Shown: in pieces, positions 1 to 8,460 of the stretch
Layout of the letters: each line of letters begins with the position of its first letter
Position numbering within the stretch: position 1 is the stretch's first letter
Source: Bellilinea caldifistulae
GTDB lineage: Bacteria > Chloroflexota > Anaerolineae > Anaerolineales > Anaerolineaceae
Direction: 5' to 3'
Assembly (NCBI RefSeq): GCF_001306055.1
Contig: NZ_LGHJ01000013.1
Span: forward strand, 150,001 to 182,000
Length of the DNA stretch: 32,000 bases
Translations under genes and position numbers: made by a program
The notes under the pieces: model-generated
Database searches by the model: none
The model's input: only the letters and a program-made list of their open reading frames with translations
Told to the model about the DNA's origin: nothing

Positions 1-167
1 AAAGCATCATGGATGCCGACTTGATTCTTGTATTGGACAAGGGCCGCATCGTCCAGCGCGGACGACATGCCGACCTGGTACGACAGGACGGTATTTACCG
101 CCAGATTTACGAAATTCAGACCCGTATTGATGACGAACTGGAAAAGGAGATCGCCAGTGTCAGTTGA
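1..167 (+). CDS. ABC exporter ATP-binding/permease subunit, C-terminal fragment (5' end outside window)
   Basis: The frame starting at nt 3 is open from the window edge to TGA 165-167. It reads ...ILVLDKGRIVQRGRHADLVRQDGIYRQIYEIQTRIDDELEKEIASVS, a typical tail of a type-I ABC exporter NBD. The stop overlaps the GTG start of the next ABC gene. Confidence 0.75.
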   Translation, partial: SIMDADLILVLDKGRIVQRGRHADLVRQDGIYRQIYEIQTRIDDELEKEIASVS

Positions 168-1986
168 ATACTTTGAAGAAGAAGAATTTAAGACCCAATT
201 CAACGGTCAAACTTTACGGCGCATTCTTGCGTTGACCCGTCCACACTGGCGCTGGGTGGTCGGCTTTCTGGTCACAATTGCGCTGGTGAGCTCGTTGGAT
301 TCAATTTTCACGTACCTCAGCAAACTGATTATTGACAACGGTATTCTCGCTCAAAACCGCAGTGAATTGTACCGCTTGTTAATTATCTACGGTTCGCTGG
401 GTTTCGTTCAGGCAAGCGGTGTGTTTGGTTTTATCTACCTTGCCGGCGTATTGGGTGAGCGGGTTCGCTACGATCTGCGCCAGAAGATGTTCAACCACCT
501 GCAGGGACTTTCGCTTTCCTACTTCAGTCGCACGCCGGTTGGCTGGATCATGTCACGCGTCACTTCGGACAGCGAAAGAGTTGCCGATCTGGTCACGTGG
601 GGATTACTGGATGTAACCTGGGGGATGATGAATATCATCACCGCCATGGGTTTCATGCTGTTCATCAATTGGAAACTGGCGCTGATCGTTTTGGGAATTC
701 TGCCAATATTATTTTACGTTGCCTATGAGTTTCGCAAACGGATTTTGGGAGAATTCCGCAACGTGCGCAAAGTCAACTCAAAAATCACTGGGGCGTTCAA
801 CGAAAATATCACCGGCGTCCGGGTGGTTAAAGCCCTTTGCCGCGAGGATGCCAATCTGGAGGAATTTAAAGCGCTTACGGCGGATATGTACCGTTCTTCC
901 TACCGTGCAGCATGGCTCAGTGCGCTCTTCCTTCCCAGCGTTCAGCTGGTTTCAGCCATTGCGTTGGCTGCAATTGTCTGGTATGGCGGCTGGCAGGTGC
1001 AGGTTGGCGGCATGACCGTAGGCGGTATTCAGGCATTCGTTTCTTACGTCACCTTCATGATGTGGCCAATTCAGGATTTGGCGCGGGTATTTGCCGAGAT
1101 GCAGCATGCAATTGCCTCCGGCGAACGCATCTTCTCCATGATTGATGCCGTGCCGGATGTCAAAGATTTACCGGGGGCTTACGACCCCGGCACCATTCAG
1201 GGCGATATCGAGTTTGACAACGTCACGTTCTACTACGATGAAGGTGACAAAAAGCCTGTTTTGGAAAACTTCTCGCTGCATGTCAAACGTGGCGAAACCA
1301 TTGCGCTGGTCGGCGAAACTGGCGGGGGAAAGACCACCATTGTCAACCTGATCTGCCGTTTTTACGAACCTAAATCGGGTAGTATTCGGATTGGTGGGAA
1401 AGATTACCGCGAATATTCTTTACACGCCATTCAATCCCGCATTGGCATGGTGCTGCAAACCCCGCATCTCTTTTCCGGTACCATTCGCGAGAATATCCGT
1501 TATGGCCGGCTGGACGCCACCGATGAAGAAATTGTGGAAGCGGCTAAACTGGCTGGCGCTCACGATTTCATCATCAAGTTGAAAAAAGGTTATGATGAAG
1601 AGGTAGGCGAGGGCGGTAATCTCCTCTCGGTCGGCCAAAAGCAGTTGATCAGCCTGGCGCGGGCCGTCCTGGCCAAACCAGAGGTGTTCATCATGGACGA
1701 AGCCACCAGCTCGGTGGACACCCTCACCGAAGCCCTGATTCAACGCGGCATGGAGATGATGATGAAAGGGCGGACCAGCTTCGTCATTGCCCACCGTCTT
1801 TCCACCATCAAACGCGCTGACCGCATTCTGGTCATTGAGCAGGGAAAAATCGCCGAGATGGGCTCTCATGCTGAATTACTCCGCAAGCGCGGAAAGTACT
1901 ACTCACTCTACACCAAGCAGTTCCGTCATCAAATGGAGCAGGATCTCGATCCCTTCTCTCAACCGGAACAACTGGCAGCGGCCTGA
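157..1986 (+). CDS. ABC exporter fused permease/ATP-binding subunit (second half of a heterodimeric MsbA/BmrCD/TM288-like pair)
   Basis: ORF track 28..1986, but residues before nt 157 overlap the upstream gene tail. AAGGAG at 144-149 lies 7 nt before GTG 157. An N-terminal multi-TM domain is followed by Walker A GETGGGKTT, signature LSVGQKQ, Walker B VFIMDEATS and H-loop IAHRL. Confidence 0.9.
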   Translation: MSVEYFEEEEFKTQFNGQTLRRILALTRPHWRWVVGFLVTIALVSSLDSIFTYLSKLIIDNGILAQNRSELYRLLIIYGSLGFVQASGVFGFIYLAGVLGERVRYDLRQKMFNHLQGLSLSYFSRTPVGWIMSRVTSDSERVADLVTWGLLDVTWGMMNIITAMGFMLFINWKLALIVLGILPILFYVAYEFRKRILGEFRNVRKVNSKITGAFNENITGVRVVKALCREDANLEEFKALTADMYRSSYRAAWLSALFLPSVQLVSAIALAAIVWYGGWQVQVGGMTVGGIQAFVSYVTFMMWPIQDLARVFAEMQHAIASGERIFSMIDAVPDVKDLPGAYDPGTIQGDIEFDNVTFYYDEGDKKPVLENFSLHVKRGETIALVGETGGGKTTIVNLICRFYEPKSGSIRIGGKDYREYSLHAIQSRIGMVLQTPHLFSGTIRENIRYGRLDATDEEIVEAAKLAGAHDFIIKLKKGYDEEVGEGGNLLSVGQKQLISLARAVLAKPEVFIMDEATSSVDTLTEALIQRGMEMMMKGRTSFVIAHRLSTIKRADRILVIEQGKIAEMGSHAELLRKRGKYYSLYTKQFRHQMEQDLDPFSQPEQLAAA

Positions 1987-1992
1987 TAAACA

Positions 1993-2033
1993 CAATCCCC
2001 GCACGGCAGAAAACCGGCGGGGATTGTTTTTTT
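1993..2033 (+). terminator. Rho-independent terminator after the ABC gene
   Basis: caatccccgc (1993-2002) pairs with gcggggattg (2017-2026). Inner cgg/ccg pairs extend the stem. Seven T follow at 2027-2033, and the hairpin starts 7 nt after stop 1984-1986. Confidence 0.85.
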
Positions 2034-2056
2034 ATACCTGCAATCTCAGGGCTACT

Positions 2057-3268
2057 TTACGGCGTAACTGTCTGTATTGAAGGGACAAACCACACCGCAT
2101 CTACCGGCCCCTTACTGTTCTTGTTGGTAACTCCCAGGATGAACTGGACATTCTTACCAACAAACGCGCTCAGGTCAAGGTCAATCTGTGTCCATTTACC
2201 ATCGAGGGTTTCGCTCCACTTGCCCAGATTTTCAATGTTACCGTTGTCAATCCGGTAATCGAGACTGAACTGCACCTCGCAGGTGGTGTTACCATCCAGA
2301 CAGGCAACCCACGCTTTGAAACGGTCACCACTCTGAATATTGCGCGCCGGGTAGAACCCCTGCATCCAATCGTTCGGGTTGGCAAGGTGGATCCAAAGCG
2401 CCCGTTCATTTTCCTGACGTCCACCTTCAATCTTCGGGTTGAGCAATACGGCTGCCCATTGAGCCTCGCTCTGGCTGACATTGGCACACGGGCGGGCTAC
2501 CTTACCGGCATTGCTTGACCAATCGGCCTGACAAATGCTGGCGACAAAGTCCAACGGATAGATAGCGGATGGAACGTCATCGCTTTTGTAACCGGAAACC
2601 TTAATGCTCACCCAGAAGGGTTTATCCTGATTCGGGCCCAATCCAAAGGTGCGGCCAGAAGCATCGCGTAGCATCCAGTTAGCCTTGTAAGAGCCGGCTT
2701 TGGTCGGGGCAACCAGTTCCACCGAGAGATCCACCGTTTCACCCGGCCGTACATCACCCTTCAATGAGACCGATGCCGGTGCACTCATCGAGGCACCATC
2801 CACAAACACCAGTGCGTAATCTTTTGTCCAGGTACAGGTGCCCTCGTTTTTCAAACGCCAGGTCTTGGTAAACTTCTGACCGCCGATCAATTCGCTGCCA
2901 TCCGGAATGGTTACATCCTTCACGAAGGAAGCCGCATTACAGGGTATCGGTTTCGGTGTGGGTGTGGCGGTAGGCAGCACAACCGTGGGCGTAGGCTGAA
3001 CAGGTGTATTCTGCGCCTCCGTGGCAACCGCTGTGGGTTGCTGGGGCGTGGGTGTATTCTGCTGGCTGGCGATTTGAGTCGCCTGCGCAATCAGCGTTTC
3101 AAACGCTTGTTGGGTCATCACAGCCGCAACCGTCTGCATGACGGCCGTCTGCTGTACGCTTTGAGCGTCTTTCCCGCCATCTTGCGGTCCCAGCAGCAAT
3201 CCGCAGGCAGACAGCAGAACTGCCAGCAGGCTCAAAGCCATCATCAAAGGAAACACTTTCTTAAACAT
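2057..3268 (-). CDS. Secreted lipoprotein with Pro/Thr-rich linker and NBR1-like Ig-fold domain
   Basis: Signal peptide with lipobox LLSAC (MFKKVFPLMMALSLLAVLLSAC). Low-complexity linker PTPQQPTAVATEAQNTPVQPTPTVVLPTATPTPKP. The segment FTKTWRLKNEGTCTWTKDYALVFVDG...PGETVDLSVELVAPTKAGSYKANWMLRDASGRTFG resembles the NBR1/FW-type beta-sandwich as I recall it. GGAG lies 8 nt upstream of the ATG. Confidence 0.75.
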   Translation of the reverse strand: MFKKVFPLMMALSLLAVLLSACGLLLGPQDGGKDAQSVQQTAVMQTVAAVMTQQAFETLIAQATQIASQQNTPTPQQPTAVATEAQNTPVQPTPTVVLPTATPTPKPIPCNAASFVKDVTIPDGSELIGGQKFTKTWRLKNEGTCTWTKDYALVFVDGASMSAPASVSLKGDVRPGETVDLSVELVAPTKAGSYKANWMLRDASGRTFGLGPNQDKPFWVSIKVSGYKSDDVPSAIYPLDFVASICQADWSSNAGKVARPCANVSQSEAQWAAVLLNPKIEGGRQENERALWIHLANPNDWMQGFYPARNIQSGDRFKAWVACLDGNTTCEVQFSLDYRIDNGNIENLGKWSETLDGKWTQIDLDLSAFVGKNVQFILGVTNKNSKGPVDAVWFVPSIQTVTP

Positions 3269-3364
3269 GGTTTTTTACTCCTACATCCAAAAAATGCTGC
3301 ATTTATTATGCATCATCAGGACGAAGGAGATAATGAAATAGTTCCCCCCAAAGGAACTGGAATA

Positions 3365-3904
3365 TCAGTCGGTTTGATCCTCCTCTGAACGGTCGTTAAA
3401 GATGCGCCCCGCGCGAGCGCGGTTGAGCGTGCCAGTCCAGCAGAAGGCTTCGGTTGCATTGTGAATTAATTCTGCCCCGCCAATGGCTGCTGTCATGACC
3501 AGAAAAGCATGCGTAGGACCGGGAAAGTAATACATCAGTACAACCAGCCCCGCTGCCACCCAGGTACCGGCACAAATCGGGCAGGAGATGAGCTGACCAA
3601 AGGCACGTTGCACTCCCCGGCCTTTTGGAACAACGGTATTTCCGGCACCGGTTATATCCCTGACCGTTCGGGTAAATGGTGCTCGGAAAGGTTCGGCAAC
3701 CCGGTCATAAGCAATCAGGCGTCCCAGCCGAAAAGTCGCAAAGGAAAGCAAGGCCCAGTCGAGCCAGTCTATCCGAAAGTTTTCGATCCCCCCACCACCC
3801 AGGTTTGCTCCAACCGTAACAAACCAGAAAATTCCGCCCAGGAAAATAACCGTCAGTAGAACTTTGGTAATTGCTTCAGCCAGTTGGGAATTGGGGCTTT
3901 GCAT
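3365..3904 (-). CDS. Small integral membrane protein, DUF1360-like
   Basis: ORF track 3365..3982 starts at an RBS-less TTG. An internal ATG at 3904 is preceded by GGAGG (3916-3920). The product has about 4 TM segments and the motif FATFRLGRLIAYDRVAEPFRAPF. The DUF1360 assignment is from recall only. Confidence 0.6.
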   Translation of the reverse strand: MQSPNSQLAEAITKVLLTVIFLGGIFWFVTVGANLGGGGIENFRIDWLDWALLSFATFRLGRLIAYDRVAEPFRAPFTRTVRDITGAGNTVVPKGRGVQRAFGQLISCPICAGTWVAAGLVVLMYYFPGPTHAFLVMTAAIGGAELIHNATEAFCWTGTLNRARAGRIFNDRSEEDQTD

Positions 3905-4016
3905 AGTACAGGAAACCTCCGCCAACGAAAATGGACTGCCCCTGCTGGAAAAGATGCACGGCAAAGGGAATGTTTGAGGCAATTTTACTTCAATTTTGGA
4001 AAAAAAATAAAAAAGG

Positions 4017-4088
4017 TGGCAAGGGTGGGGGTCGAACCCACGACCAAGGGCTTATGAGTCCCCTGCTCTACCACTGAGCTACCTTGCC
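4017..4088 (-). tRNA. tRNA with CAU anticodon (elongator Met or lysidine-type Ile2)
   Basis: The reverse complement reads GGCAAGG TA GCTC AGTGGTA GAGC A GGGGA CTCATAA GCCCT TGGTC GTGGG TTCGACC CCCAC CCTTGCC A, a full 72-nt cloverleaf. The anticodon CAT is at 4054-4056. G1-C72 is paired and position 11:24 is C:G, so it is not an initiator. CC, but not the final A of CCA, is encoded at 4015-4016. A T-run follows at 4000-4014. Confidence 0.93.
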
Positions 4089-4098
4089 AGCGCACGAA

Positions 4099-4127
4099 AG
4101 TTTACTATGAAGTTTTTCTTTTGTCAA
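4099..4127 (-). promoter_or_regulatory. Sigma70-type promoter of the tRNA gene
   Basis: On the minus strand: TTGACA (4127-4122), a 17-nt spacer, then TAAACT (4104-4099). The -10 ends 10 nt before tRNA position 1. Confidence 0.6.
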
Positions 4128-4213
4128 CAAAAATTTTTGCTCCACCATCAAACCAGCGGTTAAAGCACCCGGCATTCCAATCAACCTCTGCTCGATTAAA
4201 TAATTTTTAATCC

Positions 4214-4243
4214 TTGAAATTGCCCCCCCAAATTCGTTAAACT
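4214..4243 (+). promoter_or_regulatory. Candidate promoter of the acyl-CoA synthetase gene
   Basis: TTGAAA (4214-4219), an 18-nt spacer, then TAAACT (4238-4243). This leaves a 5' UTR of about 65 nt ending in the AGGAGA ribosome-binding site. Confidence 0.35.
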
Positions 4244-4315
4244 AAACATATCTTTCACGCCTCGTCCTCCCCTTGGCCAGTCCCCCATCATTCAATCTAT
4301 ATCCAGGAGAACAAG

Positions 4316-5845
4316 ATGAATTTTTTAACTTTTAACGATATGTTGCGTCGTATGGCATGGCGGCTTCCGGAACACCCGTTCGTTTACTGGAGTGACCGCA
4401 ACCGCTCCATCACATACGCCGAAGGCGAATTGATCAGCGATGCTGTGGCCGGGGCATTGGCCGACCTGGGCGTGCAGAAAGGCGACCGGGTTGGCATTTT
4501 TGCTCACAACGGTTTAGACTATGTCATGGCTATGTTTGGGGCGTGGAAACTGGGCGCCATTTCAGATCACATCAATGTTTTGCAGGCCGAAAATCTGGCC
4601 TGGTTTGTTCAGGATTCTACTCCCAGTGTTTTGATTTACACCGGCGACTTGCACGAAGTAGTCGAACGTAACCGCTCGCAGATGCCCTCGGTGCACCATT
4701 ATATTTGTCTGGATGGCGAACACCCCGGCTCGTTGGATTGGAATGCGCTGGTGGCAGCCGAGCTCAAACCACCCGCAGTTCGGGTGGATGGAGAGGATGC
4801 TGCTCATCTTTCTTACACCTCCGGCTCATCCGGTAAACCCAAAGGCGCCATACTTGCCCATGGTTACACTGCCCGCGCCACTCACTGCATCGCCGAGCGG
4901 TTGCAACTGAGCAAGGAAGATGTGTCCTTCGGGCCGACTTCGTTGGCCAGTTCGTATCATCTGGTGGGCAATTTGCTACCCGGCATTCACCGCGGCGTGT
5001 ATATCGGTGTGCGCACCCGTTGGAATGTCGAAACAGCCTGGAATGAAATGGAGCAGCGCGGGGTTACGTTTATGGTGGCAAATCCCCTGCTTTTGAACGA
5101 CCTTCTGTTGCATTGTAGAAAGGTGGGACGCAAACCGGCTGCTTTGCGTTTTGTGGTTTCAGGCGGTGCGCCGGTTCCTCCCGAGTTGAAAAAGGCCTAT
5201 CAAGAAGAATTGGGTGCCCCGCTGGTCGAGTCCTACGGTCAATCCGAGCTGGGTGGGTTTGTTGCCCTGGGCTACCCGCGTCCCGAACAGGGATCGAAAT
5301 TCGCCGCCATCGGGCCGGAGCTGCCCGATCGCGAGGTTCGCATCGCTGACGAGCAGGATAATGAAGTCCCCATCGGAACACCCGGCGAGATTCTCATCCG
5401 CGGGGGTGTGATGATCGGCTACCACAACCTGCCCGAAAAAACCGCCGAAGCCCTGCGAAACGGCTGGCTGCACACCGGCGATATGGGGGTGATGGACGAG
5501 GACGGCTATATCCGTCTGGTGGGACGCTGGAGTGAGCGGATTTTGATGCACGGCAAAGTCATCTTCCCCCGCCCCCTGGAAGAGGCCCTCCTGCGCCACC
5601 CTGCCGTCCGCTATGCCTGTGTCATTGCCAAAAAAGATCCGCAGGCCGGCCAGGTGCCGAAAGCAATCGTTGAACTGTACCCTGATGCCAGCGCCACGCC
5701 GGAAGAATTGATGGAACACTGCAATGCCGTATTGGGTGAAGAGAACACCATACGAGTGATTGAGATCATCCCTCAAATGCCCATGACCCCAACCGGCAAA
5801 ATTGGGCGGGCCGATTTACAGGTGCGCGAAGACCAGTTAGCCTGA
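4316..5845 (+). CDS. AMP-dependent synthetase/ligase (acyl-CoA synthetase family)
   Basis: AMP-binding motif LSYTSGSSGKPKGAILAH, GWLHTGDMG, and the C-terminal PTGKIGR lysine motif. AGGAGA lies 6 nt upstream of the ATG. Confidence 0.9.
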   Translation: MNFLTFNDMLRRMAWRLPEHPFVYWSDRNRSITYAEGELISDAVAGALADLGVQKGDRVGIFAHNGLDYVMAMFGAWKLGAISDHINVLQAENLAWFVQDSTPSVLIYTGDLHEVVERNRSQMPSVHHYICLDGEHPGSLDWNALVAAELKPPAVRVDGEDAAHLSYTSGSSGKPKGAILAHGYTARATHCIAERLQLSKEDVSFGPTSLASSYHLVGNLLPGIHRGVYIGVRTRWNVETAWNEMEQRGVTFMVANPLLLNDLLLHCRKVGRKPAALRFVVSGGAPVPPELKKAYQEELGAPLVESYGQSELGGFVALGYPRPEQGSKFAAIGPELPDREVRIADEQDNEVPIGTPGEILIRGGVMIGYHNLPEKTAEALRNGWLHTGDMGVMDEDGYIRLVGRWSERILMHGKVIFPRPLEEALLRHPAVRYACVIAKKDPQAGQVPKAIVELYPDASATPEELMEHCNAVLGEENTIRVIEIIPQMPMTPTGKIGRADLQVREDQLA

Positions 5846-5868
5846 GCATTGAACACAGGATTTAGCCG

Positions 5869-5910
5869 CCCCTGCTGAAAAACCATTCAGCAGGGGTTGG
5901 ATTATAATTT
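5869..5910 (+). terminator. Probable intrinsic terminator or attenuator after the acyl-CoA synthetase gene
   Basis: An 11-bp perfect stem: cccctgctgaa (5869-5879) pairs with ttcagcagggg (5886-5896). The T-rich tract that follows, ttggattataattt, is interrupted, so efficiency is uncertain. Confidence 0.5.
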
Positions 5911-5926
5911 GCTCAGGAGGTAACCC

Positions 5927-7033
5927 GTGACCAATGATCGCCTTGCCCGCCTGATTGCTTTGATGAACGCCGCCAGTCTGGATGCAATTGCGCTAAACCC
6001 CAGCCCCTCGCTGGTTTACCTGACCGGCCTGCATTTCCATTTGAGTGAACGCCCAACCACGCTGATCATTGCACCGCCCTATCCCCCGTTGCTGATTGTG
6101 CCTGAATTAGAGTTCGAAAAGGGACGGCAATCCAGACTGCCCCTTCAGCTCATTCCCTTTGGAGAGAACCCCGCTGAATGGGAAAAGGCTTTTCAGCAGG
6201 CTGCCGAGACCTGCCGGTTGGACGGCAAAGTGGTCGGCGTAGAACCAGCTCGCTTCCGTTTTCTGGAATGGCAGTTCATCAGCAACGCAGCCCGCGAGGT
6301 GCGTGTGGTATCGGCTGAACCGGCTTTAAGCGTGCTTCGTCTACGTAAAGATGAACAGGAACTGGCTGCCATGCGCCGTGCCGTGCAGATTGCCGAGCAG
6401 GCTTTTGAACAAACCCTGCCGCTGATTAAGCCAGGTATTACCGAGCGCGAACTGGCAGCCGAGTTAACCGTTGCGCTGCTGCGTTGTGGTTCCGCGCCCG
6501 AATTGCCTTTTGCACCCATCGTCGCATTTGGCGCCAACAGCGCAAACCCCCACGCTGTTCCGGGCGATACGCCGCTGAAACCCGGTGAGCTGGTTCTGTT
6601 TGATTGGGGCGCTTCGTATCAGGATTACTTTTCGGATATTACCCGCACCCTGGCACTGGGCGACCCCGGCGAGGAACTTCGCCGGATTTATCAGGTGGTA
6701 CTGCAGGCCAATCAGCAGGGACGAGCCACCGGGAAACCGGGCGTACCGGCAGGTGCAATTGACCGGGCTGCCCGGCAGGTGATTGAGCAAGCCGGCTACG
6801 GCGAGTTTTTCATCCACCGTACCGGCCACGGTTTAGGAATGGAAAGCCACGAACCACCCTACCTCTATGCCGAAAACCCGCTCTCGCTAGAAAGCGGAAT
6901 GGTCTATACCGTGGAACCGGGTATTTACCTGCCCGGCAAGGGTGGGGTGCGGATCGAAGATGACGTGGTCATCACCTCCGATGGCTGCCAATCCTTGACC
7001 ACCCTTCCCCGTGAATTAATCCTTCTGGATTAA
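5927..7033 (+). CDS. M24 family metallopeptidase (Xaa-Pro aminopeptidase/dipeptidase-like)
   Basis: GTG start preceded by AGGAGG. Pita-bread metal-ligand motifs are present: FDWGASYQDYFSDITRT, HRTGHGLGMESHEPP, VEPGIY, GGVRIEDDVVIT. Confidence 0.9.
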   Translation: MTNDRLARLIALMNAASLDAIALNPSPSLVYLTGLHFHLSERPTTLIIAPPYPPLLIVPELEFEKGRQSRLPLQLIPFGENPAEWEKAFQQAAETCRLDGKVVGVEPARFRFLEWQFISNAAREVRVVSAEPALSVLRLRKDEQELAAMRRAVQIAEQAFEQTLPLIKPGITERELAAELTVALLRCGSAPELPFAPIVAFGANSANPHAVPGDTPLKPGELVLFDWGASYQDYFSDITRTLALGDPGEELRRIYQVVLQANQQGRATGKPGVPAGAIDRAARQVIEQAGYGEFFIHRTGHGLGMESHEPPYLYAENPLSLESGMVYTVEPGIYLPGKGGVRIEDDVVITSDGCQSLTTLPRELILLD

Positions 7034-7036
7034 GCC

Positions 7037-7804
7037 ATGCAGAAATCAACCATCACGATGACCGGCGCAGAACCATTCTTTTTTCCATCTGGTAAGGTGG
7101 GTTGCCTGCTGGTGCATGGCCTGACCGGCACACCCAAAGAGATGCGCTGGATGGGAGAATACCTGCATCAGCGCGGCATCAGTGTCATGGGCATTCGTCT
7201 GGCTGGTCATGCCACTGACCCAGCCGACCTGCCGCGCACCCGCTGGCGGGACTGGCTGGCCAGCGTGGAGGATGGATTTCATCTGCTAAGCGGTGCATGT
7301 GAGCAAATTTTTCTGGCAGGTTTATCGCTGGGCGGGGCGCTGAGCCTTTATGCAGCTTCCTATTTACCGGCACAGGGGGTCATTTCCATCTCCGCACCTT
7401 ATCAACTCCCGCCGGACTGGCGTTTGAACTTCATTCATCTCATCAAGCATCTTCAGCCGCGCGTCCCCAAAGGCCCACCGGACTGGCACAATCCTCAGGC
7501 CGCCGCCGATCATCTTGAATACCCCGATTACCCCACCGCCTCCATCGCCGAACTACGCGATTTGCTGGCCGAGCTCCGGCAAATCTTGCCTCATGTCAAC
7601 CTTCCGGCGCTGATCGTCCATTCCCGCGCCGACCAGGGTGTATCGCCGGAAAATGCCATTAAAATCCTTAATGCGCTGGGCAGCCCGCAAAAAGAAATCC
7701 TGTGGGTGGAAAACAGCGGACATGTGGTGGTACGCGAGCCAGACCGTCAGATGGTGTTTGAACGGGTATGCCGGTTCATTCAATCCCATACCCCTTCCGA
7801 ATAA
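7037..7804 (+). CDS. Alpha/beta hydrolase (carboxylesterase/lipase-like)
   Basis: Nucleophile elbow GLSLGG, acid region HSRADQGV and histidine in ENSGHVV. The start lies 3 nt after the preceding stop. Confidence 0.85.
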   Translation: MQKSTITMTGAEPFFFPSGKVGCLLVHGLTGTPKEMRWMGEYLHQRGISVMGIRLAGHATDPADLPRTRWRDWLASVEDGFHLLSGACEQIFLAGLSLGGALSLYAASYLPAQGVISISAPYQLPPDWRLNFIHLIKHLQPRVPKGPPDWHNPQAAADHLEYPDYPTASIAELRDLLAELRQILPHVNLPALIVHSRADQGVSPENAIKILNALGSPQKEILWVENSGHVVVREPDRQMVFERVCRFIQSHTPSE

Positions 7805-7822
7805 AATCAAAGGAGCAGCCCC

Positions 7823-8458
7823 TTGACACTCGAAATCCTCACTTTTTCATTAGGCCCTCTGGACAACAACACGTATTTACTGGTGGATACAGCCACAAAC
7901 CAGGCCGTCATTGTTGACCCGACTTTTGACAGCCATCGAATCGCCGAAATCATCCTGGATCGTCGGATAGACCTGACCCAGATCTGGTTGACCCACGCCC
8001 ATTTTGATCATATCGCCGGCGCGAAACTGTTTTCGCAATTCCGCGAACCGCCTTTGCCGATTGGCATTCACCCGGACGATCTGGAACTTTACCGCTCCGG
8101 CGGCGGAGCCGGCTTGTTTGGCATTCAAATGCCGGAAATGCCTCAGCCCAGCCTGTTTTTTGAACATGGACAAATCCTGCAGGTGGGAGAAGAGGAAATC
8201 GAAGTGCGCCACACCCCCGGTCACAGCCGCGGACATGTCATTTTTTATGCTGCCCAGGCTAATGCAGCCATCGTCGGCGACCTGATTTTTCAAAACGCAG
8301 TCGGGCGAACCGACTTACCCGGTGGCAGCAGCACCCAATTACTAAAGTCTATTTACCAGCAGGTCTTGAGCCTTCCGCCCGAAACCCGCTTGCTGCCCGG
8401 CCACGGCCCGGAAACCACCGTTCAAGAAGAAGCCGACAATAATCCGTATTTGAATTGA
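7823..8458 (+). CDS. MBL-fold metallo-hydrolase (glyoxalase II-like)
   Basis: HxHxDH motif THAHFDHIAG, plus TPGHSRGH and LLPGHGP. TTG start with AAGGAG 8 nt upstream. Confidence 0.85.
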   Translation: MTLEILTFSLGPLDNNTYLLVDTATNQAVIVDPTFDSHRIAEIILDRRIDLTQIWLTHAHFDHIAGAKLFSQFREPPLPIGIHPDDLELYRSGGGAGLFGIQMPEMPQPSLFFEHGQILQVGEEEIEVRHTPGHSRGHVIFYAAQANAAIVGDLIFQNAVGRTDLPGGSSTQLLKSIYQQVLSLPPETRLLPGHGPETTVQEEADNNPYLN

Positions 8459-8460
8459 AG

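Noticed and set aside
28-156. N-terminal 43 codons of ORF-track ORF 28..1986
   Set aside because: This stretch overlaps, in another frame, the conserved C-terminal tail of the upstream ABC gene (stop 165-167). GTG 157 has a proper AAGGAG ribosome-binding site, and the extension (MYWTRAASSSADDMPTWYDRTVF...) is not ABC-like.
1420-1869. 149-aa minus-strand ORF within the ABC NBD
   Set aside because: It is a shadow ORF opposite the Walker A, signature and Walker B coding sequence.
3905-3982. N-terminal extension of ORF 3365..3982
   Set aside because: It starts at a TTG without a ribosome-binding site and encodes a non-membrane-like peptide. ATG 3904 is preceded by GGAGG.
5159-5776. 205-aa minus-strand ORF inside the acyl-CoA synthetase gene
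   Set aside because: It is an antisense shadow ORF of a gene with strong AMP-binding motifs. It has no ribosome-binding site and a low-complexity Gly/Arg/Ala-rich translation.
5903-5908. Consensus TATAAT between the acyl-CoA synthetase terminator and the M24 gene as a promoter
   Set aside because: There is no acceptable -35 or TGn element. The predicted start site would fall inside the AGGAGG ribosome-binding site (5915-5920). It remains possible but is unsupported.
8455-8460. TTG 8455 as start of the GT-C-like gene
   Set aside because: An ATG two codons downstream (8461) is the more conventional start. The difference is trivial and unresolved without data.
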